In this document: positions 11,572 through 24,316 of the stretch, piece by piece | Position numbering within the stretch: the stretch's first letter is position 1 | Layout of the letters: each line of letters starts with the position of its first letter | Origin: Fistulifera solaris | Taxonomy: Eukaryota | Assembly: GCA_030295235.1 (NCBI GenBank) | Contig: AP026136.1 | Span: 496,001-560,000 of the forward strand | Length of the DNA stretch: 64,000 bases | Reading direction: 5' to 3' | The notes under the pieces: generated by a model | Database searches by the model: none | The model's input: only the letters and a program-made list of their open reading frames with translations | What the model was told of the DNA's origin: nothing | Made by a program: the position numbers and the translations under genes

Positions 11572-12393
11572 TTGGCTTTCTCTCCATTTTTCGCTCACCG
11601 AAATCAATTTCTTATAATTCTCCTCCTTTCCCAAAAGCACAACCATCTTCAAATCATCAACCTTGCGAGCATGGTTCCTTTGATGAGCAACATTTTCAAT
11701 CATATCAAAAGCGAGTGCGAGCCTGACGAGCAACTCTCCTCGGTGAGCACAAAGACGACTCCTGGCCGCGCTCGAGTCGATAACAGCGACACTGATTGCC
11801 ATAGTAGTGATATTCTTGTTGATGTACAAAGCAGCAGCCATGTTTCGGAAATAGGCAAAACAGAGGCTCAGGAAGAAGCATCTCATGCCACCGACGAGCG
11901 TCACCCAGACACGCAGAGCTCGCTACCCGATTTTGAATACCTTACCAACGATGGCTTTTTTGATCACAATGAGCCACTACCAGAAGACACCACCAAGGAG
12001 ACAAATTATGACAACCCGGTAGCCGTTTTGTACAAGAAAAAGATATTCAACTCATCGTTCATCTGTGCAAAGCGAGTCGCAAAATTGACCCCGAGCGATC
12101 GATCGCGCCTCTGTGCACTGGTCAAGTTGAAAGCCGATGATCTGCAAAAGGCCATGTTGCATGTGAACATACCACCTTTCCCGACACCGGCCGAAATGGC
12201 GGAGAAATTGGCGATGAAACGAACCTCTCCCCGCAAACGTTCTTCCGATATTGTGTCACGACCAAAACAACCGTCAAAACGGAGGGGATCTTTTTTACCG
12301 AGCAGTTCGACACAATACGTTCAAAAGATAGCCCCGAAGGTCTCGTGGACGGAAGTACAGGAACCGATCCCCGCTACAACGACGAGGACGTAA
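11572..12393 (+). CDS. Hypothetical protein (acidic/disordered N-half, basic C-half)
   Basis: Open 273-codon frame; first ATG at about 11671. No family recognised. Confidence 0.5.
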   Translation: MAFSPFFAHRNQFLIILLLSQKHNHLQIINLASMVPLMSNIFNHIKSECEPDEQLSSVSTKTTPGRARVDNSDTDCHSSDILVDVQSSSHVSEIGKTEAQEEASHATDERHPDTQSSLPDFEYLTNDGFFDHNEPLPEDTTKETNYDNPVAVLYKKKIFNSSFICAKRVAKLTPSDRSRLCALVKLKADDLQKAMLHVNIPPFPTPAEMAEKLAMKRTSPRKRSSDIVSRPKQPSKRRGSFLPSSSTQYVQKIAPKVSWTEVQEPIPATTTRT

Positions 12394-12975
12394 GGGGTCC
12401 GGCTAATGAATTCTGACCAAAACGCGGTGCTTTGCGGTACGCCTTGTTTTTTTGAGAGATGAAACATTGCCGCTAGCTAGCCTGTACGCTATTTTAGAAG
12501 TTTTTTATTTTATACCAGGGTAGTACAAATTAGATGAATAACAATTCTGCAAAAGATTGCCATGGTCACCGACCGTAGGCGCGAGACGACAGGCCGCCCG
12601 TTCATCGTCGCCTTTCGGCGCATTCTTGTTTCATACCGCTTTCTCGAAACAAGAAAGTGTCGCATCAATTGATGCCTACAAGCAAATTAATCAGTTTTCG
12701 AACTATACGTTTTATCTACTCCCTTTAAGTACCAGATAGAAAACTAGCCGGTGCACCTTCGTCACGAGCAAAAATGAGTTCGAAATTCTTCAAAGAAGCA
12801 AATAAATCACTCCACCGTGGAAAGAAGCCAAAAATCATTAAAAGAAGTAACGAACGATAACGAAAAGAACGCTCTGCTTGAAGTTTTCATAAACACTGCA
12901 TCTCTTTTGGTAGTCGAAGATTCTTCTTCTTGGCATCTATATTTCTTCCCATTCCCCTCCAGAAGCTAGCCGCCC

Positions 12976-14192
12976 ATGGGCTTCTTGGAGAAACTCTTTC
13001 ACTTTGGCAACAGCCATCAACAAGGTGAAAAAGGCGGTGATTATCATAACCACTGCCCCATTGTGACCTTATTCTTTGATGCAACCAACCGCAGGACGAT
13101 CGCTGTCTTATCGAAACGCAAGGAAAGCTTGGATGTCTATTTCATGTGTCGTGTGGCGCAAGGAACTGCTTTTGAGAAATCACCCTTTACTACGAGCTCC
13201 ATGGTTATATTCGAGAGAATCTGGTGAAAATTTGTCGTCACGAAGGCTTCTTTCCGGAAGCGATTGCTATTGCTGTGGGGGCTCTGGCCGCCTCAGATGC
13301 TTCTCAGAAAGAGGAATTGACGCGGCTTCGTAATGAACAAATGCAATCCAAATACCAACGACAGTGTGACGAGGCTCTTTTAGAGAACGCTTTGGAAATA
13401 GCACGACTGCATAGACTTTCAAGCGATCTGGACGTTTTGGATGTGTACTGTATGCGGCAAGCGAGTAAAGTTCTCGGACGAGTAGCTGCACGGATCGCTA
13501 GGAACAAGATGCTTTCTTTGAAGTTGCATGTCACACCTTTTGTAGATGGTGTGCTTCTTTCCGGATACTCTACGTTCATGAGAGCCCCTCATGCATCACT
13601 GATACGAATTTCAGAAACGGGGAGATTAATGGAATATCAAAGATGCAACGATATTCCTTTGGAATCGACAGAAACCGATGGGTCGTTCTCACCATCGACA
13701 TCCAATTCGAGCTTTTCGTGGAAATGTGAGGAAATTGCCTTGGCGAATCTTCACAAATGGTGGGGTGATATTGTTGTACGTGACTACGTGGGTCATAAAC
13801 TGGTTGTTTCTTGGACAGTTGACCCGTTGTCGGCCGATGCCTCTACCATCAAAAGCAAGACTATAGCGATCGCGACGGTCCGAATCGATGATTGTCCAGG
13901 ACACGGTAAACATCACTATCAGGCGCCGCATGTTGATGTAGCATTAAACATTCGCAGCACGACTAAGGAAGAATACGGCGTAGCCTTTGCCACCGAAGGA
14001 TCATCGGTCTTGACAAGGGTGAATCTGAGTTTTTGGCCTTGGTACGAGTGTCGGCTCGGTCAGTCGTTACTCAACTGGAACAATCGTACAATCAACAACT
14101 TTTGCGACCCCTTCTCGATCACGAAGTCGATTATCTCGAAACGATCAAGGCCGCTTGTGCACTGTAGAGCACAGGTTGTCGCTCAACAATAG
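12976..14192 (+). CDS. Hypothetical protein, possible degenerate F-box
   Basis: ORFs 12976-13227 and 13224-14192 join by one frameshift. Segment LDVLDVYCMRQASKVL resembles the C-half of an F-box. Confidence 0.55.
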
Positions 14193-14239
14193 ATAGAAAA
14201 AATGATTTAACTAAGAAATGAATCAAGTATTCTCGTTAT

Positions 14240-15172
14240 TTACAATAGTATACAGGGTTCACGATCCTGGCGGTCGACTCGCTGCAACCGCGCTCGCGCT
14301 ACGGCCACCCAATCGGTTTGCCATACTTCTGGAAAGTCCCCCACCGGTATGTGACGCACTTGATCCGGCAAGATCCTCCAATAAGTAAAATTGGCACACA
14401 ATCCGTGACAAGCCCAAGTTACGGTCCCAAATTGCATCGGGGATGATTGATACCGATACATGGGATGCGGAATCCGTTGGGTTGTATGACAATTCCGGCA
14501 TTCATACAGCAAGGGGCATTGACGACCCAAGAAACAGGCATCACAGATGGCATCTTCCTCGACCAGATGATCTTTGATTTGGTGACAAATCCGACAGGGT
14601 CCAGCGGCCGAGACGGTGGTTATGACTTCTTCTTTGATCACCAACCAAGACCGACAACGAGGACACTTTCCGACACGGGACGTCCCATCGGAAGTAGGAC
14701 TCGACAGAAGTAGGATACAGGACGTACAAATTTGCACCGTGCTGGTAGCCTTGTCACAGCAAGGTAATTTGGCAAAGAAAACGTCTTCTTCTAAGCAAAT
14801 TGCACAAGACGATGTATTCTCGGCGTAAGGACTGGTAGGATTACTCGATAATGCGTTTGTGCCTTTCGGGGACACCTTTCTGTCATCATGGATGGGAATG
14901 TCATTCTCCGTCCCGCACAAGTTCAAATAATCTAATTCTTGCGGCAGTGTAGTGATCGTTTGCTGTTCCTCATATTGTGAATGGATGCCTTCCACATAGT
15001 CGACGCAACCATCCATCGAGTCGAGTAAAGCATTGTTGCAATCAACCAAGTGTTCGGGGACGACTAACGAATCATCATTGGTGGCCGCTGGTAATGCTAG
15101 AGTAATAGTAGTATTATTACTGATAGGATCTTGATGACTCTGCAGTTCTTCCTCGTGTGGCTCGTCTGACAT
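14240..15172 (-). CDS. RING-type zinc-finger protein with extra Cys clusters and C-terminal CaaX
   Basis: CAICLEE...LPCC...ICTSC...KCPRCR RING-like pattern, then CRICH, CDAC, CRNCH, CHGLC. Ends ...PCILL*. ATG at 15172. Confidence 0.75.
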   Translation of the reverse strand: MSDEPHEEELQSHQDPISNNTTITLALPAATNDDSLVVPEHLVDCNNALLDSMDGCVDYVEGIHSQYEEQQTITTLPQELDYLNLCGTENDIPIHDDRKVSPKGTNALSSNPTSPYAENTSSCAICLEEDVFFAKLPCCDKATSTVQICTSCILLLSSPTSDGTSRVGKCPRCRSWLVIKEEVITTVSAAGPCRICHQIKDHLVEEDAICDACFLGRQCPLLYECRNCHTTQRIPHPMYRYQSSPMQFGTVTWACHGLCANFTYWRILPDQVRHIPVGDFPEVWQTDWVAVARARLQRVDRQDREPCILL

Positions 15173-15636
15173 TGCCGTATTGTTCTGGCTAGCGAGATGT
15201 CTTCTGGTAGAAAACAAATAGTTGCTTGGCGTGTGATGGGGGATCGCTTCGCGTTTTCCTTGTTTTCGTTTTGTGTGTTTATTATTAGGATGTCAACACG
15301 TGCCATGGCCATGCGGCTGTTGCGGAGCGCGGGCGGGAACCTCGTCTGTTGTCGCGCTGCAACCAGGCTGGCGCGCTCGTGCGTGCGGCAGCCAAGTCCC
15401 GCCAGCGCGCGCGGCTCCGGAGGATGATGGAGGGAAAAAACGACAGAGACATCCGACAAAAAAAAAAGATCATTGCTGTGCGCATCATTCTAAAATTTTG
15501 GACATTGTCTCTCAATCTTTATTTTGTGAAACAAGTCGTCTTTTATAATCTTTATCACTTCAAATAACGTTCGAAGGAACGAAGAGAAGCCTTTGATTTT
15601 GCGTGTGACTTTTTTCAGACTGCATTTTGATTGACC

Positions 15637-18600
15637 ATGTCATCGAAACCGTTGAAACAAGGAACGCTCTTTTCGTTCTTCAATAAACACCAACCTCCTG
15701 CCGCACCTGCAGTACCAGCAGTACCGAAACCAAAGGACGCATCCGAACCAGCCACTACAAAAGATCCTTTAGTGAAAATAGGAGATCGTATTGAAGTGTA
15801 CTGGAAAGACGATCAAGAATATTATGCCGCCAAGGTAACACAACAACGTCAGGCTTCCTTCTTTTGGAGTACGACGATGGTCAAACGGAATGGCTGGATT
15901 TAGCACAGGAACAATTTCGTATTCTTCCGAGTAGTCGTTCGAAACACCGACGATCGATTCGAGATGATGATGATGAAGAAGAAGAAGAAGAAGCGGAATT
16001 TGATGGGACTTTGGAAGAATCCGACGATGGATCGGTCTACGAAGACAAAGAGGAACCGCAGGACGATGTTTCCGAAGAAGACAAATGGCTCGTCTCGGAT
16101 GAAGAAGAAGAAGAAGAAGAAGAAGAAGAAGAAGAAGAAGAAGAAGAAGAAAAGCGGCCTGAGAAGAAACTCAAAGTGACGAAACACAAAGCAACGCCCG
16201 AGTTAAAAACACCTTCGGCAAGCAAAACGACGGCTTTTCAGTTCGGGCACACACCCAAGAGTGTCATTACACCGTCTTCCCAATTCTCCCCTCTGGTCGT
16301 ACCTACACCTGTGGCAGCAACTACCAATACTACTGCTAACAAAGTCGCGGCAACTTTTGCGGCTAACGAAAACAACAAAGTCACGCCCTTCGTGAAAGAC
16401 GCGGTCAACCCCGCGGGGAGTCATGTGCACAATCATTTGCCATTTTTGCAGAATCCACGTGATTTGCAACGACGATCCCCGGACGACCCTCAGTACGATC
16501 CACGGACTTTGCTCGTGGTCGAGCGGGATTGGGTCAAAATCATGGGCAAGGAAATGACGGACGCCGTGAAACAATGGTGGGATTTGAAGTCGCAATACTT
16601 TGATACTGTTCTGTTGTTCAAAACCGGTAAGTCGTCTGGGGGTCTCGTTTAAAACAAAAAGTCTTCCGCCTCACGCATTTGGAAACCAGGCAAATTTTAT
16701 GAAATGTTTCACATGGGTAAGTGCTAATGGGGAGTGTCGCTGACAGAACGTTCCGTGTTGAATACTGATCCTATTCTTTTCATGTATTCTTCTAGACGCG
16801 GACGTCGGGGTCCAGGTACTCGGATTGCTCTACATGAAAGGCATCGTGGCGCATGCGGGGTTTCCCGAAATTTCCTACGGGGCCATGGCGGACAAATTAG
16901 TTCGTGCGGGGTACAAAGTAGCCCGTGTGGAACAGACAGAAACCCCAGAGCAATTAAAAACTCGCAAGTCGCAACACAAGAAAACCAATGGTCCGTCCCC
17001 CAAAGTTGTCAATCGTGAAGTATGCTCGGTGATGACGCTGGGCACTCGGACGTTTTGCTACCTCGATGACGGAAAGGATGTCCTGGACGAAGGCGGTGCT
17101 GTTGGGCCATTACTCGCCATCCGTGAAATTTTGATCGATCATGATGTGGAGGAAGAAACTGATGTGGTCCGACCTGTTTGCGAGTATGGTATTACTGCGA
17201 TTGATGCTATACGTGGTGTTGTGACCATCGGTCAGTTCGCGGATGATGTTTTGCGAAGTCGCATGAACACTCTTTTGGCTGCGCTGGCTCCGTCAGAGGT
17301 GCTTTTGCAAGCCGGCGTAGATGGAGCCTCCCCCTGTACTGGAATCACTGATCAAAACGCATCAAAGCATGTGCCCGCATCCATTTCGAGTTGAAAAAAT
17401 CAGGGTAGAGGAAAGCTTCCCCAAATCAACTGCACTCAGCCCGGAAGTACGCCAAGCCATGGATCGAGGAACCGGACGATTTGTGGGTGCGGTTCATCCT
17501 TGGGATGTAGAAGAAACAGTTCAGGAACTGCATCGTCGACGCTACTTTCCGCAGGCATCGAAATTGTCTACTGATCGATTTAGCGCGTCCCGTTGGCCTC
17601 CTGTCTTACGTTCAGCAGTTGAAGGCAAAGCCGATTTGGCCATGAGCAGTTTCGGCGCAGCTCTCTTTTACCTACAACGTAGCTTGATCGATACCGAGAT
17701 TCTCACCATGGGTATTGTGAAGGCCTATGTCCCACCGTCTTTGGCAAATACTGACGCTGAAGTTCGTGAGACGATGCAAGTGCTTGCAGCGCAAGAAAGT
17801 CGCACATCCATCGAGGGAGCGATAGCAAATCCTGCTAGTGTACCTGCACATAAAGAAGGAAGCGAAGGTACAAATTCTTTTTGGCTGAGAGCCAGATCGA
17901 CCACATGCAGCTGGACGGGACGACGTTGCACAATCTAGAAATTCTCACAAATGCCGTCGACTACAAGGTGGCTGGGAGCGTGTGGTCCAAAATCAACTAC
18001 ACCAAGACACCACATGGAGCGCGCCTTCTTCGAGCTTGGCTTCTAAGGCCTCTATTTCGGAAAGCGGATATTGACCGACGAGCAGATGCAGTTCAAGAGC
18101 TTGTGTCTGGTGCTGCTGCGGTTGCGCTGACTGAAGCCTCTGCAGTGCTTGCAAAATGCGGTGATATTGAGCGCTTGCTAAGTCGTATTCATAGTATGAG
18201 CGGTAGTACTGGCTCAGAACAAGACGATGACAGCGAAGGTATTCATCCTAGCAATCGAGCCGTTTTGTACGAAGTAGGAACGTACACGAAGCGAAAAGTC
18301 GGGGATTTCTCGAAGATTTTAAATGGTTTGCAGCAGGCAGCCCAGGTCCCTGAAATTTTTCAAGGAATAAACCTTCAAAGTAATCTTTTGCAAAAGATTG
18401 TGCGTTCAGTCGATCAAGGAGGATGTTTTCCGAATATGAGCGATCAATTGGATTGGTTCATTTCGAACTTCGACTGTGACAAAGCAGCCAAGGGTCTTTT
18501 CGAGCCTAATAGAGGTATTGATGCAGCGTACGACGAAGCTTGCGAGACTATTGATCGCATACAAGCTGATTTATTGGAATTCAAGAAAGTTATGTGCGAT

Positions 18601-20023
18601 ACCGTTTTGAAGCCACGATCGTTGGCGACATCATCTTGGAAGTATGTGAATGTTAACCCGGAATCAAAAGACAAATATTTAATCGAACTTCCTGCGTCGA
18701 TTGCTGTCCCGGACGATTTTATCATGAAGGGGAAGAGAGGAAGTGGTTCGAAACAAGTCAACAAATACCAGACTGCAGCCGTGCAAGAGTTAGTAGATGA
18801 ACTAGAGCACGCTTACGAAGTCCAAAAAGAACGAAAGTCGAAAGGTCTACAGCTCATATTTGCGAAATTCGATGCGTCGAGGAATGTTTGGGCGGCGGCT
18901 GCTCAGGCAACGGCTCTGCTCGACGCCCTTGGATCCCTAGCTCGTGTTGCTTCAAAGGCAGGATACATTAGACCAACTATTCTAGAGTGCTTTCCAGACG
19001 ACTCGCCGAAAATAAATATTGTACAAGGCCGACATCTTTGTGTTGAGAATAACATGGGGTCAACTGGTTTCATTCCCAACGATCTGAGGCTGGGTCTCGA
19101 AACAGCAGATGACGTAAGCCCTCGTGTTCTTCTCCTCTCCGGTCCCAACATGGGTGGAAAGTCTGTAAGTCATGTCTTGTCCGAAAAACTTTCTTCCTTA
19201 TTGCTCAATACAGCCTCTAACCGGCACCGTCCTTTTTCACGCAGACTTTACTCCGCCAAACATGTTTGATCACAATTTTAGCTCAGATTGGAAGTTTTGT
19301 CCCCGCCGAGAAATGCGAGATCACTCCCGTCGATCGCATATTCACACGGCTTGGTGCGTCGGACCGATTGCTTTTAGGTCAATCAACTTTCTTTGTTGAG
19401 GTAAGTGCTTCTGTTGGGCAATCGTTTAAATTTGTAGATGAGCAACAAACTGATCACCTTGGCTCTCTTAGCTTGCAGAAACTGCAGCAGCGCTTCGGGG
19501 TGCAACTCGCAGGAGTTTGGTCATCATGGACGAACTAGGGCGTGGTACGAGTACTTTCGACGGCACGGCGATCGCCAGTTCCGCTGTTAAACATTTTGTT
19601 GAGAGAAGTAAATGCCTTCTGCTTTTTGCGACGCACTATCATTCCTTGTTGGAGGATTGGAAAAACAAATCGAGTGTCATTCTTGGGCATATGGAATGCA
19701 TCGTTGGAAATGGTTCTTCTGAAAATGAGCAAAGTGGAAACGACAATTCCATCACCTTTTTATACACTCTCGGGTCGGGTGTCTGTCCCAAAAGCTTTGG
19801 CATCAATGTCGCCAGACTCGCCGGAATACCGGAAGATGTTTTAGTGAAAGCAAAGTGTATCAGCTTGGATTTTGAAAAGGAATTGCAAGGGAACGACGAC
19901 ACTGTTCGCGTTGTCACGGCCAAAAATGCACCCGCTCTGCAATCGAAAGTGAAGGATGCTATTGAAAGAAAAGATTGGGAATCACTATATACAATCTGGA
20001 AGCAGTTACAGCATTTAAGCTAA
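15637..20023 (+). CDS. MSH6: DNA mismatch repair protein MSH6
   Basis: N-terminal PIP box KQGTLFSFF, Tudor-like domain, [30 protein letters not shown] (across intron), HAGFPE, Walker [39 protein letters not shown]. Introns at about 16626-16690, 16716-16795, 19165-19244 and 19401-19471, plus several frameshifts. Confidence 0.96.
16101..16151 (+). repeat. (GAA)17 microsatellite encoding poly-Glu in MSH6
   Basis: Uninterrupted GAA run; the ORF track shows 17 consecutive E. Confidence 0.92.
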
Positions 20024-20076
20024 AAGACGAATTACAACTCATAGTGCGTAACAATAAAATCGAATTTTCATGACAA

Positions 20077-23000
20077 TCAATGCAGTGCATTACGAGTGTC
20101 TTCCAACTTTTCATAATATCCCCAGGACTTCGTTCAAGCTCTGCCGCAATTTTGGTTTGCTTATCATGAGGCAAAGAATTGAAAGCTTCACACAATTCAC
20201 CATCAATAACGTGTAGTGCTGGAGCATAGTAAGACCTATACGACTGATGGTCGCGGCCTGTAGGGCGAAGAACCTCAGTTCGCAAGGCCGTCTCAAGTTG
20301 CGTGAAGAATTCGACATCAGCACGGGAAGAGAACGGAACCAAAGCACCGATACGGCCGCATGCGGTGACGTAAATAATTGACTCTGCGCCACCTGCGACC
20401 AGTGAAGAACGAGTCATTGCCGTCACAACCTCCCCGACATAGTACTGGCAAAGAAGTTCTAGCTTCGGCGTTGAATCACTTCTAGACGAATCCCACAGGA
20501 CTCGCTGCCAGGACATGTCGATTGCACCCGCCTCTGCACCTCTCGGCATCCGAAGAATTGATATGTTGCCGAATTTATCGCTAACTGCAACTGTATTGAA
20601 ATCAAGCAGCTCTTGGGACACGATTGGACGGGGACTTGGATCAATTGCCAAGGTAACAAAGCGATTCGCCATTGCATCGTAACGAAAAACTTGTATAGAC
20701 TGCATCATATCACCGACAAAGGCACGGTCGCCAACAGTTTGAATGGTCTTTACGAAAGTTGGGAGCCCACGCTGCTCACACTTTCGCAGCAGCTGCCTCT
20801 TCCCCATTTCAAATAGGCGGAGTGATTTACCAATCCCTGCAAGCAGTCGACCTTGGAAATGAGCCAACGCAAGCACCGGTCCATCCTCTACAGCAGTCCT
20901 GTGCAGCAACTGCAAGCGCCCACCATCGACTACTCGATATAGAACAATGTGGCTTGCAACCTGTTTGAGAGGATTCATAGTCATTCCAGTAACTGTGCCT
21001 ACTGCAAGGAGGGGTTCACCACCTTTCGAATGATAAAGCGAACAGAGGCGCAACAAAGTGCAGCCTCGTTTCGTCCCATTTCGATACAGTCTAGAGTCGA
21101 GCAGTTGGTCGACGGGTCTAAGAGTCGGATACAAGACCCCCATGTTCCCGGCTTCGAAGGCAAGGGGCCACGGACAGGTGTTTTTCGTGCATCATTTTCC
21201 TCTTCATCTTCATCGCCATCACCTTCAGGTAAATCCTTTTTCTCTCCTTCGTCGTCACTATCTTCATCCATATCCATGGCGTCAGCATCGTCACCCTTCG
21301 ATGACAATTTTGCAGTCGGATCAAAGCCCATTGCTTTCTTCTCTTCCAAGCCATACTCGTTGCAGTCACTTTCCACGACAACCAGAACAACCTTTCTCTG
21401 ATCAGTTGTATTACTGACGGACACCAGGGTCATTTGGCGTGGTGTGTATCGTAGGTCGGTTTTATTGGTATTAAAAGCTTCATCATCGCCCCCGCCCATG
21501 CCATCCGTGTTTACTGATAAGATTCGCAGCGTTTTCCCTGCAGTTGCAACTATGCCCTCGGGAATGGCATCAGAGCGAAAGGAGCATCCGTGGTCTAAAG
21601 GAACATACGACAAAGGAGCCATCAGATGCTTTCCCGTCGATTCATCACGTCTGCTAATCCAAGGTCTAGATGACAAAAGGAGCGTGGACTTTTGACCATT
21701 AAGTTCAATACGTGAGACGGAAACAGGAATCGCTCCAAGAAAGCGGCGTGAAGGGCTTGCTTCAACGGATCCGGTGACTGGATCTAGGAAGACTCGAAGT
21801 GAGCTTCCGTCGTCTAAACCAATATTTAATGTCAAATCATCCTGTCCGTTTGGTTTGCCTTCCATATCTACCCCCTTGATGCTTTGAATAACGACGGAAT
21901 GCGGCCTGGATTTCAGAGCCAAGCTACTTTTTTGAGTCAACAATTGCCCCGGTTCCAAGCTTACAATACGAACCGTTTGATCACGACACCCTATTGCCGC
22001 GAACAAACTTCGACTCTTTCCACTATCAATAATTCCAATATCCAGGCAGCAAACATCAGTTCCCATATCCTTCGTGGAGCTTTCCGTGAGGTTAGCGCTA
22101 ATAGCGTCGAGTTCAAAGTAGATGATTTCTCCACCGGCCAAGGCAATGAGAACCTGGCTGGTATTGGCACTGGCGAACTCAATTCGCTTCAATCCTGGGC
22201 AATGCCATTGCCGAGCTTGGCCTTTCTGAATGTGACGAACTCCGGCTGGATGAACTTGACAGACAGACCCATCTTGACCTAGTGCAGAGCAAGCTAAAGT
22301 CGGGGCGGTAATCAAAAGCCAGACTCCTTACCCACCTCTTCGACCGATTCACCCACACTCAAAACAGAGTGGCGTCAGCGAAGCTGACTACAATATACTG
22401 ATCCTTCTCCCCGGAAGCGTCTGCTACTGTAAAAATTCCACCTGGTACTCCGGGAAGGTCACTCACCGCCAATTCGGTAACAGCAGCACCGTGTCTCATG
22501 GTTCGAATGGTGCTATGAGGACCACGGCCTGTCAAGGTGTAAATCTGGGGACTAACTTCGTTCCCGGCCAGCTCGCCCACCAAGATATTGTTGGTGGGCG
22601 CTGCATTATCTAATGACCAAATCTTACGCAGATTCTGCAGTCGAGTGACCGGAGCGAATGTCTTGGCCAAAGACACGGCCTTGGCAGTGGTCAGATCCGT
22701 TTCCTCCACGGATGTGTTCGACGGCGCATCGGGCAAATCAATTCGCTCGAATTGGTACAGTGCATGGTCCCCGAATTCAGCCGCAACAAATAGCAGTCCC
22801 AATTTACTGACATTCAATGTATTGGCTGTGGGTAATGTATCGAGAAAGGAAACTTCCAAGCCACAAACTGCGGACTTGTCCTCGTTGAGCGCAATCGAAA
22901 CCTTGTACACATCACCCAGTTCCGACTGTGCCAAGGCAAAGAATTTGGCCTTTTTCTGACGGTGTACCGTCAATGTCGTAATCAATATACCCTTGGAGGT

Positions 23001-23850
23001 ATGCATTTCCCGGCGAGGAATGGGACACACGATCTGATTCTTTTCGTGCACATAGTACAACCAATCCTCCGCACCCATCAAGACTCCGCCGGGTCCGTCG
23101 GCTCCGCCCGGCAACGCCGCCAGAGAACAGGCAGTTAGGGCCACCGGAGTCGCCCACCGCCGACTGACGTGATTCAATCCCAAATCGAGTTCATAATACG
23201 CCAATTGCAGTTCCGGTTCGATGTTGTTTTGTTCCGTTTCTTCCGGATACTGCCATTCCAAAGTCGCAAAAATCGGATTGTCGTAGCCATTGTCGAGTCC
23301 CACGGTGGCCAAAATCAAGTTGCGCGTCCGATGTGCTTCGAGGGGACTCGAGAGGGTGGTCTTCCCGTCCGCATTGCGGTTCAACACGTACACCAATTGG
23401 CGTTTCTCGACGGCCGATACCATGACCGCGCGTCCTTTCGGATCGGCCGCGAGATACTGACCGGGCGTCGCCCGACGACAACCAGTTTTACCGAATGTGA
23501 CATTGTGAAGAATTTGGAAGGGTTGGAATTGCAGAATTGACAAGGCACCGCTGTCGGATGTGATCACCAAGACATCGTGGGAGGTTCCGGGAAAACGGAC
23601 GGCCACGCCGTGACGCAAAATCGATCGCGTTTCGACACGCGTCAATAGATGGCATTTTTCGTCCGACAATTTGTACAATTCAATGACACCACTGGTTTTC
23701 AGGAGAGCCAATTCGTGGGGTCCGGTGAATTCCCCCCAAAACGGATTGTACAATGGCGGTCGATGGTTGTAAACGAAGATCGAGCAGTTTCATGGCCACC
23801 GCATGGACCGGCTGTGCCTCGATCTCGTCTACGACGGCATTGGGGGGCAT
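20077..23850 (-). CDS. SF3B3: Splicing factor 3B subunit 3 (SAP130/Rse1)
   Basis: TFGKTGCRRATPGQYLAADPKGRAVM, LSSPLEAH, DNGYDNPIFA, YELDLGLNHV, GLLFVAAEFGDH, ELAVSDLPG, LFEMGKRQLLRKCE, GRDHQSYRSYYAP. ATG at 23850; about four homopolymer frameshifts. Confidence 0.96.
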
Positions 23851-23863
23851 GTTACTGTTTAAT

Positions 23864-23888
23864 TGTGATGTGATGTGATGTGATGTGA
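23864..23888. repeat. (TGTGA)5 pentanucleotide repeat just upstream of the SF3B3 ATG
   Basis: Five perfect copies then degenerate TTTGA; reads (TCACA)5 on the gene strand. Confidence 0.85.
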
Positions 23889-24316
23889 TTTGATTCTAAG
23901 TACAAACAAAGTGAAAAGCCGTTGTTGTTTGAAAATAAATAATGATCGAATCGACAAACACCACCACGCTACAACGGTACTTGTACCGGTACTGTACGTA
24001 ACGTAGACCGCAGGCATCTCGCAATCTCGTCGTCTCGTCCGCGGTTTGCTCTTTTACGATGCAACGGAGCGGAGGGCGGACGAACAAAGCTCCGAACTGT
24101 TAGGCAGGAGCTTCCACCGATACGACATCCCGGATTCCCGAGACAATAATGCTAAAACCGGACAGCTCGTCGACGATCAGAGCGACAAGTACACGTACTT
24201 CTATTGCTCGCCATCTGCCTTTCTTCTATTTTCTACTACTAGGTACAAAAAACTATAATATCTCAAAAGGTCAAAAAAAAACATAATATAATGACTGTTG
24301 TTTCTTTCTTGTTTGT

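Noticed and set aside
15197..15567. Short Arg/Ala-rich ORFs over the GC island
   Set aside because: Several overlapping frames on both strands are open simply because of high GC; none looks protein-like.
15900..16225. Poly-Phe, poly-Lys and poly-Ser ORFs
   Set aside because: Alternative-frame and antisense readings of the MSH6 GAA repeat.
20023..20077. Very short spacing between convergent genes (also 44743/44818)
   Set aside because: Ordinary for compact diatom genomes.
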